Shown here: one piece after another, positions 23,901 through 35,687 of the stretch
How positions within the stretch are numbered: position 1 is the first letter of the stretch
Layout: each line of letters begins with the position of its first letter
Origin: Eledone cirrhosa
Taxonomy: Eukaryota
Assembly (NCBI GenBank): GCA_964016885.1
Contig: OZ024743.1
Span: 297,228,001-297,292,000 of the forward strand
DNA: 64,000 nucleotides
Direction: 5' to 3'
Notes under the pieces: model-generated
Told to the model about the DNA's origin: nothing
The model's database searches: none
Seen by the model: the letters and a program-made list of their open reading frames with translations, nothing else
Position numbers and translations under genes: made by a program

Positions 23901-24780
23901 TAAGGATATAATTTACCTGGCTTGTGTGTTCCCCCGATCTATAGGTGATCAAGTGATTGTCTCGTTTTTTGAAGTTAGTGTTACAGATAGTTAAGTTATT
24001 TGCGTCGCAGAATTCCAGGATTCTGGAGCCTTCCTCATTTCTAGTACCGAATCCATAGCCTCCATGGATTCCGTCATAGCCGTCACAATGCTGTCCAACG
24101 TGACCATTTAGGTCACCTGCAATAACTATAAAGTCACTGTCGGTTATTTGGGAGGTAGCGAGCATCAGTGTCTCGTAGAATCTGTCTTTTATAGCACCGG
24201 GCAGTCCGGATTGTGGTGCGTACGCAGATATTACTGTCACCGTAGTTTTATTGAGAACAAGTCTTATTTTAATTATTCTGTCGTTCACTCTATTTACGTC
24301 TATTATCTTATCTGCCCACTTTTCTGCTACCATGATTCCTACCCCACCCAACCCATTGTCATTTCCCACCCATAAAAGCTTATAGCATCGTTCTTTACCC
24401 ACGATGAATCTAGCGGACCCTCCCCTCCACCTGGTCTCTTGAATACAACAAACATCGACCTCCTTACGTTCAAGCATTTCTACAACCTCGTTAGAGCGAC
24501 CCTTTAAGGTGCCTACATTCATGGTACCAACTCGGAAGTTTTGGATTGCGTTTGGAGGGTGGGAGAGGTGGGGCGCGGGGGGGGGGGGGGGGGATGGGGT
24601 TATGTTAGCCATCCTGGGCCGAAACAAGGCGGAGTGCTTGCATTCTCGTTCACGAGGTGAATTTGTCTTTATCTTTGGCATTGTCGCTGAGCGTCCACAT
24701 TTTTCTCTCTTCAACTCTCCAGAATTCCGTAGTCCATCCATCATATCGAAAAGCAACCAGTTAAGCGATAGTATGGGCCT
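20995..24780 (-). mobile_element. Near full-length RTE LINE (family B, copy 1)
   Basis: Single long ORF, ~500-bp 3' UTR with a 112-bp internal duplication, (ATG)n tail abutting (TA)n. Confidence 0.95.
21502..24756 (-). CDS. RTE ORF: APE endonuclease + reverse transcriptase + PHD-type finger (1084 aa; likely start ATG at 24612)
   Basis: GTMNVGTL, IQETRW, SAYAPQ, GDLNGH, SQVNYIL, QHRL; NYRGIKL, FVDLEKAFDRV, QGSVLSP, YADD, YLG. Confidence 0.95.
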   Translation of the reverse strand: MLFDMMDGLRNSGELKREKCGRSATMPKIKTNSPRERECKHSALFRPRMANITPSPPPPPAPHLSHPPNAIQNFRVGTMNVGTLKGRSNEVVEMLERKEVDVCCIQETRWRGGSARFIVGKERCYKLLWVGNDNGLGGVGIMVAEKWADKIIDVNRVNDRIIKIRLVLNKTTVTVISAYAPQSGLPGAIKDRFYETLMLATSQITDSDFIVIAGDLNGHVGQHCDGYDGIHGGYGFGTRNEEGSRILEFCDANNLTICNTNFKKRDNHLITYRSGEHTSQVNYILTRRRDRVSVVNTKSLPHEEFTSQHRLIISDLIVRTRRTRQRKRTILRRKIWKLKDPIARNKFQSILLDAFDSKEEQLESYNIEEQWEFLRANLLTAADEVCGWSRPVGRRRVTWWWNSKVEESIKAKKQAWKAWRDGGSREDYQVARREARRQVYFARREAEERKFKHVLQREDQKREVFRIARQCVKENRDIVGEKCVRNDDGILAITDADKKVAWKCHYERLLNEENKWEKDSLPHIDPIEGPAVLVQGSTISKAIKDMKTGKAAGPSEIVAEMLKASGSVGHTMVTRIVNQVVQNGVVPKDWRSSIIVNCYKGKGDALDRSNYRGIKLIDQVMKVTEKVIAQLIRERIDLDEMQFGFVSGKSTTDALFIVRQLQEKYLAKSKPLYLAFVDLEKAFDRVPRSIIWWSLRKLGVDEWLVRAIQAMYKETVSKVRINNEYSEEFSVKVGVHQGSVLSPLLFIIALQAITEEFKTGCPWELLYADDLTLIAESMTELEKKFQTWKHGLESKGLKINLAKTKVLVCRKENMAAVPSGKWPCSVCRKGVGRNSILCPKCRVWVHKRCSGITGKLTKNIDFTCDRCSGAISSSKRPQNTSSFNCAEGSIEIVDSFRYLGDKISSGGGCSESTVARVRTGWKKFRELIPLLAARGFSLKMKGRLYDACIRTAMLHGSETWALCAEDIRRLERNEACMLRWMCNSNIRERQSINELKKKLEIRGIRCCLLERRLRWYGHVMRMKDDSCITKCRAIKIDGSHGVGRPRKTWDELINSDLTRLHLSKTMSLDRDLWRYSVIEKTRLT

Positions 24781-24847
24781 CTGACTTATGATTGGTCCAC
24801 ATAATAATGGTGGTGCGTGGGGGAGGGTGGGGGGATGATGTGTTGTT

Positions 24848-25975
24848 AGCGAGAATGTAAGGTTTAAGATAAGATCGCCGTATTTTGGGCATAATTTAAC
24901 AATAAACGAAAATACAAGATGTTTTGTTTAAGAAAATACGATAGAGAAAAAATGCGGTGATAGGGAAAATATGATTTTTAGAGAAAAAATATGATATAGA
25001 ATGATAGAATGGTGAAAATATGATATAGTGTGAAATTAGGACATAGAACAGTCATTGAAATGAATGGATTCGAATGGAGAGAAGAATCGAGAAAAAATAT
25101 TTGGACGTTACTTTATACCGCAAGAAGAACCATCCCAGAAATAGCGAGTTGGCGATTGTGATTAATTTTGGTAGGGATTTATCTTATATGTATAGAGAGG
25201 GATGGGGGGGGGGGGGGGGGGAGAGGAACCAGCATGATGTATGGGTAGGAGTTAGAAGATGGGATGGAGCAGAGGTTAAGAGTTTAAATAGGTACTAGAA
25301 GTTTTGCGTAGAACTTAGCAAGTTTAACAAAATATATTTAAAGGAATATATAATAGTGATTTGTTTTTGTTATGAAAATACGACAGAATATGAAAATATG
25401 ACAGAATTAAGCGAGAATGTAAGGTTTAAGATAAGATCGCCGTATTTTGGGCATAATTTAACAATAAACGAAAATACAAGATGTTTTGTTTAAGAAAATA
25501 CGATAGAGAAAAAATGCGGTGATAGGGAAAATATGATTTTTAGAGAAAAAATATGATATAGAATGATAGAATGGTGAAAATATGATATAGTGTGAAATTA
25601 GGACATAGAACAGTCATTGAAATGAATGGATTCGAATGGAGAGAAGAATCGAGAAAAAATATTTGGACGTTACTTTATACCGCAAGAAGAACCATCCCAG
25701 AAATAGCGAGTTGGCGATTGTGATTAATTTTGGTAGGGATTTATCTTATATGTATAGAGAGGGATGGGGGGGGGGGGGGGAGGAACCAGCATGATGTATG
25801 GGTAGGGGGTAGAAGATGGGATGGAGCAGAGGTTAAGAGTTTAAATAGGTACTAGAAGTTTTGCGTAGAACTTAGCAAGTTTAACAAAATATATTTAAAG
25901 GAATATATAATAGTGATTTGTTTTTGTTATGAAAATACGACAGAATATGAAAATATGACAGAATTAAGCGAGAAT
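24848..25975. repeat. Tandem duplication of a ~560-bp unit upstream of RTE copy 1
   Basis: AGCGAGAAT unit start at 24848, 25410 and 25967; the two units differ mainly in G-tract length. Confidence 0.93.
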
Positions 25976-26374
25976 ATATATATATATATATATATTTATA
26001 GCATCAATATTTTTATATATATATATAAATCATATGACTGGAATCTCTGGCGATATGCAGTAATACAGAAGACCCGACTTCCTACGAGCCCAAGCTGAAT
26101 CATATGTACAGTATGCCCTGTCCACAACACCCCCCTCCAGCCCACACTGTAAAGTGGACATGTAAAAGACACGGAAAAAAGCACCCAGCCTGCACTATAT
26201 TATAAAGAATCGGGACCCCAATGGCTGAGCTCTTCCAGTTTCAACAGCTAGTTCTAGACACACACATATATATATGTGTGTGTGTGTATATATATCAATA
26301 TATGTGCATGTATATTTTTTCAAACATGCAAGTGTTTGCCTGTGACATATCAATTCCTTCACATAATTATGTTA

Positions 26375-26450
26375 ATATCTGATGATGTCGCACAAGTGCC
26401 GATTGCTGTTGTAATGATCACATAACAGCTTCACTGAAATACGTATTATC
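26375..26450 (+). ncRNA. Degenerate type I hammerhead
   Basis: CTGATGA (26379), two hairpins, GAAA (26436), palindromic ATACGTAT, AUU site; stem I only ~2 bp. Confidence 0.5.
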
Positions 26451-26485
26451 CAATAATATGATATTGTAATACCTGTTTTAATGTT

Positions 26486-26567
<82 letters not shown>

Positions 26568-26750
26568 TATACAACAGCAACAACATGTTTTAAGGCCATG
26601 GGTTAGCCTTATGTGCTCTGAGAAAGAATTCAAATATATCATGGAGTCCAATTTTGGACAATATCTTATGATCAGTTGCCTTTTTTGACACCAACAATTT
26701 TAGCAACCTCTTACAACAGGTAGCGATGTGATATACCTTTTCTAAACTGG

Positions 26751-27937
26751 ATAGGGTCTCAAAGTCAACATGACAAAGACTAAGGTCCTTGTAAGTAGAC
26801 GAGAAAACAGAACCCAGATCCCCTCAGGGAAATGGCCTTGCTCAGTATGTAGGAAAGGTGTAGGTAGGAACTCCATTCTCTGCCCCAAATGCAAACAATG
26901 GGTACACAAGAGATGTAGCGGGATCTCAGGAAGCTTAATTAAGAATGCAGGATTCACATGCAGCAGCTGTGCTGAGACAGCAAGCAAACAGCCACAGGAA
27001 ACAAGTACCACCAATCTCTGGGAGGGCCCTGTAGAAACAGTAGACAGCTTCTGCTACCTAGGTGACCGAATTAGCAGCGGAGGTGGGTGTTCAGAAAGTA
27101 CAATAACTAGGGTAAGAACGGGATGGAAGAAGTTTAGGGAACTACTACCACTGCTAGCTGCAAAAGGCTTCTCCTTCAGAATGAAAGGCAGACTGTATGA
27201 TGCGTGTATCTGAACAGCGATGTTTCATGGTAGTGAGACCTGGGCGCTGAAGGTGGAAGACTTACGGAGATTAGAGAGAAATGAAGCCTGCATGCTACGA
27301 TGGATGTGTAACAGTAATATACGTGAACGACAAAGCATAAATGAATTGAGAGAGAGACTGAGCATAAGAGGAATCAAATGCTGTGTGCAGGAGAGGCGGT
27401 TGCGCTGGTATGGACATGTGATGCGTATGAAGGATGACAGCTGCATAAAAAGGTGCAGAGCACTAGAAGTTGATGGAAACCGCGGAGTGGGGAGACCCAA
27501 GATGACCTGGGATGAGGTGATAAAAGCTGACCTTACCCAATTACACCTCTCAAAGACAATGACACACGACCGTGACTTCTGGCGTCACGCAGTAATACAG
27601 AGTACCCGACCTCCCATGGGTACAAGCTGAAGCATATAGACAATATGCCCCCACACCCCCCACCGCAAGGTGGTTGTGGAGGTGCCACGGCAAAAAAGCA
27701 CCCAGCCCGCACTGTAAAGTGGACGTGTAGGCACCACGAAAAAGCACCCAGCACTCACTGTAAATGAGGTTGGTGTTAGGAAGGGCATCCAGCTGTAGAA
27801 ATCAAGCCAGATCAGTTCCTGTATGAGCAAGGCATGGTCAGCCGACCAGACACTGCACACAACAGGACAACCCGTCTAACCCATGTTAGCGTGGAAGAAC
27901 GGACGTAAAACGGTGATGATGATGATGATGATGATGA
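26751..27937 (+). mobile_element. 5'-truncated RTE LINE (family C)
   Basis: ORFs 26770-27213 and 27220-27630 are separated by one TGA and match the RTE C-terminus; 3' UTR and (ATG)n. Confidence 0.92.
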
Positions 27938-27956
27938 TATATATATATATATATAT

Positions 27957-28342
27957 CAGGGGCGAAGGGTCCCTGCATGCAATGCATTCAGGGCATGCGT
28001 TATAGAATCTTGAGTTGATCAATTGCGTCGGTTGAAGCAAGCAGAATTTTGGTTGCTTACTAAAAACGTATAGACACAAAAAAAGATAACACACACACAC
28101 ACACATACACACAAACACAGCTTTGGGGCAAGCAGAATTTTGACTGCTTACTAAATCATAGACACATAAAAAGATAACACACACACACACACACACACAC
28201 ACTAGATAACACTACATGCGGCTTTGACCGGGAGGGTCATTTAGAGGGAATTCTTTTTTGTTGGGGCGGGGGGGGGGGGGGGGCAGGCTGCACAGTTCCA
28301 CGTTCCGCCATGGCCTGCTTTCCAGGTTACCCTTCGTCACTG
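27957..28342. mobile_element. hAT-like MITE in (TA)n
   Basis: Imperfect TIRs CAGGGGCGAAGGGT / ACCCTTCGTCACTG; internal ~85-bp direct repeat ending in (CA)n. Confidence 0.6.
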
Positions 28343-28357
28343 ATATATATATATATA

Positions 28358-29197
28358 GAGACAGCTTCTGCTACCTAGGTGACCGAATTAGCAGCAAAGG
28401 TGGGTGTTCTGAAAGTACAGTAACCAGGGTAAGAACAGGATGGAAGAAGTTCAGGGAGCTACTACCACTGCTAACTGTGAAAGGCTTTTCCCTCAAAATG
28501 AAAGGCAGACTGTATGATGTGTGCATACAAACAGCAATGTTACATGGTAGTGGGACCTGGGCGTTGTGTGCAGAAGACTTGTGTAGATTAGAAAGAAACA
28601 AAGCTTGCATGCTCCGATGGATGTATAATAGTAATATACATGAACAGCAAAGCATAAATGAATTGAGAGAGAGACTAAGCATAAGAGGAATCAAATGCTG
28701 TGTGCAGGAGAGGAGATTACGTTGGTATGGACATGTGATGCATATGAAGGATGACAGCTGCGTAAAAAGGTACAGAGCACTAAAAGTCGATAGAAGTCTT
28801 GGAGTGGGGAGACCCAAGAAGACCTGGGATGAGGTGATAAAAGCGGACCTTGCCCAATTGCACCTCTCAAAGGCGATGACACAGGACCAAGCTGTAGTAC
28901 AGAAGACGCAGTAGTACAGAAGACTCAGCTTCCCATGGGTACAAGCCGAAGCTGAAGCATATAGACAGTACGCCCCCACCCCTCCCACATTTAAAGTGGT
29001 CATGTAGGTGTCACAACAAAAAGCACCTAGTCCACACTGTAAAGTGGTCGTGTAGGCGCCACGGTAAAAAAGCACTCAGTACTCACTGTAAATGAGGTTG
29101 GTGTTGGTGTAGAAATCAAGCCAAAATCAGTTCTGTATGAGGAAGACATGGTCACCGGACCTGGCATTGCCCACAACAGGGCAACCCGTCTAACCCA
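28358..29197 (+). mobile_element. 5'-truncated RTE LINE (family C)
   Basis: DSFCYLGDRISS...RRLRWYGHV...GRPKKTW plus 3' UTR. Confidence 0.9.
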
Positions 29198-29547
29198 TCT
29201 CCTACTCCAACTTTACTGACAGCTCTGTACATGGCTTGCATGGCTCTCACAAGCTATTCTTCTTCACCTAATTTCCTTAAGGAGCACCAGATAATAGATC
29301 GAGGTACTCTGTCAAATGGCTTCTCTAGATCAACAAATTCTAAATGCAGTGGATTATTTTTTGCTAGGAACTTCTCTTGTAGTTGCCTCACTAAGAAGAG
29401 GGAATCTCTATTACTTTTCCCAGGCATGAAACCAAACTACATCTCATCTATTTTGACTCTTTCCCTAATTAGCTGCGCTATAACTCTTTCTATCACTTTT
29501 ATAACCTGGTCCATTAGTTTTATTCCTCTATAGTTGCTCCTTTCTAT
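29198..29547 (-). mobile_element. RTE RT internal fragment
   Basis: Minus-strand match to the NYRGIKL...FVDLEK.FDRVPR region of the RTE ORFs. Confidence 0.85.
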
Positions 29548-29989
29548 GCACACATATATATATTTATATATATATATGTATATGTGTATGTATATATATA
29601 TAGAGATAGATAGATATATGTGTGTATGTGCATATATATATATATATAGAGAGAGAAAGATGTAGATCTGGTGATGGACCTGCGACCTGTCTCAGGAGGC
29701 ATGAGATAGAAGCTTAAAGGTTATGTGTCCTGAGGTCCCATGACATTTGATAAATGCAACATTACAACCCTTATTGGCAAGGAGCAGGAACTATATGAAG
29801 GACAGATGCTAACACCAACATTTGGTCTACTCCACTGGACGCTAGACAAGATCCAAGCCATTAATGTTAAAACCTGAAAAGTTTTAACCGGTGCAGGAAA
29901 TTACAACATCAACAGTGGCATCGACCACCTCTACTGAAATATAAACAGTGAGGCACAGGCTTAACATCAGTTCAATACTCACTGCATGA

Positions 29990-30950
29990 TAACCAAAAAC
30001 ACATACCCAGGGATATTGTACAGCAATAACACAATGAATCGAAGGATAAAAAGCTGCATGCTTAGCAGCAAAAAATTATGCATGACTATGTTATCAGAAA
30101 GCTTCAAAGTAATATAGTAATATAGATAATCAAAGTAGTCTATCTTGGCCCAACAACAACTATATTGGCTCTCACTTTGCAGGATATGCTTTTGCAATCC
30201 AAGAACAAGAAATAACAACAAATACCTAATACAGAAAAAGGATAGGGATGCAAGCAAAACATTTAGATGTGACAACAGAAGCTGACTCGGTGAAATAAAC
30301 ATTGAAGATATCACCCACATCATAATCAGCTGTCCAAAGATGCCATCATGATACTACATGTCTACGAGGCATGACATAGTGCCCAAAACAGTATACAATG
30401 CAATCTATAGAAAGGATATATGCATAAATAATATGAAAGAGTAGTGGTGAAATGTTCCAGTCAAAACCCCAACAAAATGCAAGCATAACAAACCAAACAT
30501 AATGATATGGGACATAGAAAAGAAGGCATATACAGTAGTGGAAATCAGCTGCCCAGCAGATGTCAATATATTGCTAAAGATCAGTGAAAAAGAGAACATT
30601 TATGCTGAACTAATGAGGAATCTGCAAATACTCCACCCTGACTATACTTTAAGTTTAGTACTTGTGATAAGTGAGGCTCTTCCTTAGTACAAATCTTGAG
30701 AAGCTTGGTTTCACAGAACCAGAAAAGGCATGGCTAGTTTGTAAGTTGCAAGTACAGTCCATTAATGGAACTGTAAAATTATGTAAAACATTTCAGAAAT
30801 CCAACATGTAATAACTGCATGTACACATGTATAGATACAGAAACATATGTAACTCAAAATATACAGATCCACACATGCAATAACAATCATACCTGCAAAC
30901 ACACACAAACATATACTGACATAAATTCATATTTACTTTGTTGATGTTGT
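29990..30950 (+). mobile_element. Decayed RLE-type LINE 3' part (R4/Dong-like)
   Basis: EDITHII.SCP zinc knuckle, RHDIV, KCKHNKPNIMIWD...VVEISCPADVN...EKENIY (PD-(D/E)xK-type endonuclease); 3' UTR shared with 53553-54050 and 51515-51668. Confidence 0.75.
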
Positions 30951-31632
30951 CTAAATTGCAATGAAAGTGGCTTGTTTCTATGTGAGAAAACAACTCTCGC
31001 TCCCTATTGGGGAAAATTTATAAAATAATAAAACCAGAAGAAAATATATACATGTAAATACACACAGAAAATTACGTGACTGCATGGCTAATGAGTTGTA
31101 AATTCCCTATATTCAAATATATTTAGTGTTATTGGGGGGAAATATTTAGCCTTAAAGACCAAGTAGTTAAAAAAAGAGTGCATGCCATAAGAAGAAAAGA
31201 ACTGTTAATTTCACACATGATAGCTGTAATATAGCTAATATCCTCAGGTCTCTAATTAAGTAACTTGGCCTAGGATTAGATATTTAGAAATAAAGTTCTT
31301 ACATAAATGGTTCTTTTTAAATAGATGTGAAATTGTTTAACCCTTCTTATCTTGACACCTCTGTTATATGTGCATTCCCCAGTGCTGGCTGTCTGCAGGA
31401 AACGTCATTGATGAAAACATAATAAATGTATGAACTTGACAAAAATCACGATGCCTTCCCAAAAAAGTCAAGCTAAAGCAACCTAAAACTCACCCAGTAC
31501 ACTCTGTAAAGTGGTTGGCCTAAGGAATGGCATCCACTCACAAAAATTGTGCCAAATATGGTTCCCCAACCAGTCAAGTCATCAACCATAACAACCCATC
31601 CAACTCATGGCAGCATGGAAAGCAAGCATAAA

Positions 31633-31671
<39 letters not shown>

Positions 31672-32469
31672 TCAAGACCAAAATAATGGGCAGGCAACAA
31701 CAAAGTACTTATTGATAAGGTATTTAGAATACTAGCTCATGAACTCTTAGCTCAAATCCACTGCAGGTATTTCTTTGTGACTCTTTAGGTATCAAGTTTT
31801 ATGAGGTAATATTATTTTATCACTTAGTAAGGAAGAATAGAGAGAGAGGAGGGAGCAATGTATTTTCAATCTGGAGACATCATCCAAAAGCTTACAACAA
31901 AATGAACTAAAAGCACCCTAGGGCCTGGTGGTGGTGTTATCCTTGACAATGGATTAAGTCTGCCACATAAATAGGCCATGACATGACTTGAACTTAGAAC
32001 ACAAAAAGCTGGAAGGGATTGTTACAAGGGATCTTGTCCAACACTCCAAGAATTCCACCAGTCAATTATCCTAAAATGGTATTTTATTTATTGATCCCAA
32101 AAAGTATGAAAAGCAAAGTTAGCCTCAAATCACATGGAGTTGAAATAAATACTACAAGGCATTGTCCACTGTTCTATATCTTCTGCCAACTTTCTACCTA
32201 TAGCAAAGTGTGATAGAACCTTATATTCTGTGACAGATAAATCTCCCCTACTTAACAGTCTAGAGACTGGAGTTAATGCCCATGATCATAATGATTTGAA
32301 AAAGATTAAATTCTTTTTGTTTTTAAACACTGGCCCCCTACCCCTACCACATGTGTAGTCCCTGACCCATATGAAAATCTTTGAAAAACATATTCTTCAA
32401 TAAAACATGAATAAAGATAATAAATGTAGAAAATCACAACAATGCCTTACCAAAGAACTCAGGCTAAAG

Positions 32470-32628
32470 CCAGCAATTATCCCAGTGTATTACTGGTACT
32501 TTATTTTATCGACCCCGTAAGGATGAAAGGCAAAGTTAACCTCGGCGGATTTGAACTCAGAACATAAAGGGCCGTAACTCTTTGCTGCAAAGCATGGTGT
32601 CCGACCTTCTACCGATACTGCCAATCCA
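32470..32628 (-). mobile_element. SINE family 1
   Basis: Reverse complement of 6792-6979. Confidence 0.85.
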
Positions 32629-33528
32629 ATGATTACCGAGTTGTGCATACAGAAGTATGTGACAGAATGGAATATTGGACTCCTGGGATACAGTAAAACA
32701 TAGAGACTAGAATACCAGGCTGGTGGAATATATGTAGTAAAACATCAGTACTGGAATATGAACATGACAGGATATAGCCAAGCATCATCATGACCAGAAT
32801 ACCAGGGTGATAGTTTCAAAGCCTGAAACTAAATGGTGCTATTAACTCCATGTAAACTAGCTGCACCATCATTCTACATATCACTTAGTTCTTATCAATT
32901 CAAAAGAAAGAAAAAAATCTGAATCGATACATTGATATTTGTCATTTGACGATACTTGAATTATCTGTTTGGTTCTGAGCCATTTATTTATTTATTTTAG
33001 TGTCTCTTAATAGCAATAACTAGAGCCTATCTATCCATTACCATCAATCATAGATCAGTAGAAAGGACACATATTCAATATGAATGGTTCTATAGAAGAT
33101 CAAAGAAACAGTAAAATATAGGGACCTGCATGAGAAAAGAGCAAATGAAATGCGATAAAGGATACATTAGATAACCAATATAGTCTTCGTGGTTGTTAAA
33201 GACAAAAAACACAAAAATAAAAAAACAAACAACAACAAAAAACGACAGATTTTTCTTCTTTTATCAATGAAATCTATTGACCATGTTTTTGTAGATACCA
33301 CATGACAGCCAGGGTTACATATTGTCTTTTGTATATAATACAAAAAACATTGTTTGTCTGGTTTAAAATAAGTACACCATTTCCTTGTGTCATAAAAGGT
33401 TTGGTCCAAGAAAGGGCATCCAGTCATAAAATATTGCCTTAAAAAGCATTCCATGGGAACTCACAAGGTTAACCCCTAGTTTACCAGGGAAGATGACTTT
33501 AAAACTAAACTATGACCTTCACTAGCAA

Positions 33529-33569
33529 GTGGTGATTACTACCAAGTATGACTTGGTAGTAATCACCAC
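33529..33569. repeat. Perfect 19-bp stem hairpin, 3-nt loop
   Basis: GTGGTGATTACTACCAAGT-ATG-ACTTGGTAGTAATCACCAC. Confidence 0.9.
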
Positions 33570-33827
33570 CACCTTCATAATCATTGTTTGACTGCAGGAG
33601 CAGATGGCTACAATCTCCTTCACCCATTATAGTTTTTCAGAATAAGTTGTGTTTTTATTGTTGGGTGGTTATCCTTAACCATCGGTAGAATTTGAATCCC
33701 TAGGCAGAATTTGAACTCGAATCAGAGATGTATTGTAATAGCAACGTGCAACACTATGATAATATGAGAATGGAGAGAAGTCTAAACTTACTGATAGTAA
33801 CTTCCCAATGGCATTTATGATACTTAC

Positions 33828-33950
33828 ACATGTGATGGGTAAGGTGCAGGGTAACTCAAATGCATGTACACACATCTTTGAGAAGATTGACAGTCGATGA
33901 AGAGAGTACCATATAAAGCTACTTGCCACTGTTTTTGGTTGTGAGGCAGT
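33828..33950 (-). other. Candidate internal exon (123 nt)
   Basis: Branch-like GCTAAC, acceptor CCTACTTTCAG, donor GTAAGT; open in two of three frames; no homolog recognised. Confidence 0.35.
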
Positions 33951-34525
33951 CTGAAAGTAGGTAAGTTAGCATTGATCAAGTGAAGACTTGTTGAATATTT
34001 CAATATTGTCTTAGACACATTGATAAGTTGAGTACTGAAAGATAGGGAAAGCCATCATTAACTCATACATCCTGCACTGTCTTCAATTCTTGGTCTTGAT
34101 TTAATTGTGTTCCAAAAAATCTATAAACTTCTCCTTTACACTAGTCTATATCTCAAGTTATACCTCAATTCATGGTGGATAAATCATTATAATAGAACAA
34201 TTAGTTTATCTCTCTGTCCAACTGATAATAAATTAACTGATCCATCTGTCAGTTTACTCTACACTCTGTCCCCATCATTGGCAATTGAAATATAAAACTT
34301 TTGTTCTTTAGCAGATTGATATTCTGTCATCTACAAAGCTACATTATTTGATTTGTTGTTGGTCAAATAAATAAAACCCATGCAGTTAGTCACTGATATC
34401 TGCTGATTGGTTGATGATTAGTGGTCACATGATTCATTTGTTTGAACAGCCATTATGAGAAGCTGTATGCATGAATGTACATACATGTGTATGTGTGTGT
34501 GTGTATATGTATCTATGTATGTATG

Positions 34526-34790
34526 AAGGTGTGTGGCTTAGTAGTTAGAGTGTTCAAGACATGATCATGCATTCATGAGTTTGATTCTCAGTGGCGTGTT
34601 GCATTTTTGAGCAAGAGACTTTATTTCACATTGCTGGAAAAAATGTGCTGACATGTAATTCAAAGGGCCAGCCTTGTCACACACCATGGCATGCTGAATC
34701 TCCCTGAGAATTTCCTTAAGAGTACATATATCTGCAGAATGCTCAGCCACTTACCCAGTAATTTCATGAGCAAGCTGTTCTATTGATCAC
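34526..34790 (+). mobile_element. tRNA-derived SINE (family 2 head, different tail)
   Basis: GGCTTAGTAGTTAGAG A box, GAGTTTGATTC B box, TTGAGCAAGAGACTTTATTTCACATTGC; related copy at about 62650-62872 (-). Confidence 0.65.
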
Positions 34791-34822
34791 ATACTTATCA
34801 TAATTGATGGAATTCCAACATA

Positions 34823-35013
34823 CGAGAGTTGACTGAAAAGTTCATACGCTGACTATGAAGGATTGCTGCTAAGGCTGTGAAATCTTGCATGCACTAATTT
34901 CAACTCTAATAACTGCATTGTTGCTTTCCAGGGACTATGTTGAAAAATAAACCTCATTTGGTCATTCAATGAGAGTATCTTGATTAGCTTATGAACTTTT
35001 CAGTCGATCCTCA
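34823..35013. mobile_element. Mariner-type MITE
   Basis: TA-CGAGAGTTGACTGAAAAGTTCATA ... TATGAACTTTTCAGTCGATCCTCA-TA; second truncated copy at 49510-49680. Confidence 0.8.
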
Positions 35014-35029
35014 TATATATATTTGTGTC

Positions 35030-35490
35030 ATCTAAACTATAATAAAGTAAGGACTGCATACGGTTTATAATTTTTTATTCCATTAGTAAAATAAGTTGGA
35101 TTTCTTTGAATAAATAATTGTTTCTACGTTAGGCACAAGGCCAGCAATTACCCAGTGCATTACTGGTACTTTATTTTATCGACCCCGTAAGGATCAAAGG
35201 CAAAGTTAACCTCGGCGGGATTTGAACTCAGAATGGCAAGGGCCGTAACTCTATACGTCAAATCATAGCGTCCGACCCTATCCCAATACTGCCAATCCAC
35301 CGCCCTTTGAATAAATAATGAATGAATATTACATAATTTATCTACTAAATTTCGTGGCTGAAATTTAGTAGACAAATTATGTAATATTCATTCATTATTT
35401 ATTCAAAGTAATCCAACTTATTTTACTAATGGAATAAAAAATTATAAACCGTATGCAGTCCCACGCTCCTTACTTTATTATAGTTTAGAT
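35030..35490. mobile_element. Palindromic fold-back element interrupted by a SINE
   Basis: With 35119-35319 removed, the left and right halves are reverse complements around a loop near 35353-35359. Confidence 0.85.
35119..35305 (-). mobile_element. SINE family 1 with 14-bp TSD
   Basis: TSD TTTGAATAAATAAT at 35105-35118 and 35306-35319. Confidence 0.9.
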
Positions 35491-35629
35491 TTCTACAGCT
35501 GGATGCCCTTCCTAACACCAACCTCATTTACAGTGAGTACTGGGTGCTTTTTTGCCGTGGGCACCTCCACGACCACTTTGCAGTGGAATGATAGGGACCT
35601 CAGTGTGTATATATATATATATATATATA

Positions 35630-35687
<58 letters not shown>

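Noticed and set aside
29198-29547. Twin-priming inversion of the adjacent RTE
   Set aside because: The inverted piece lies at the 3' end, not the 5' end, of the neighbouring copy.
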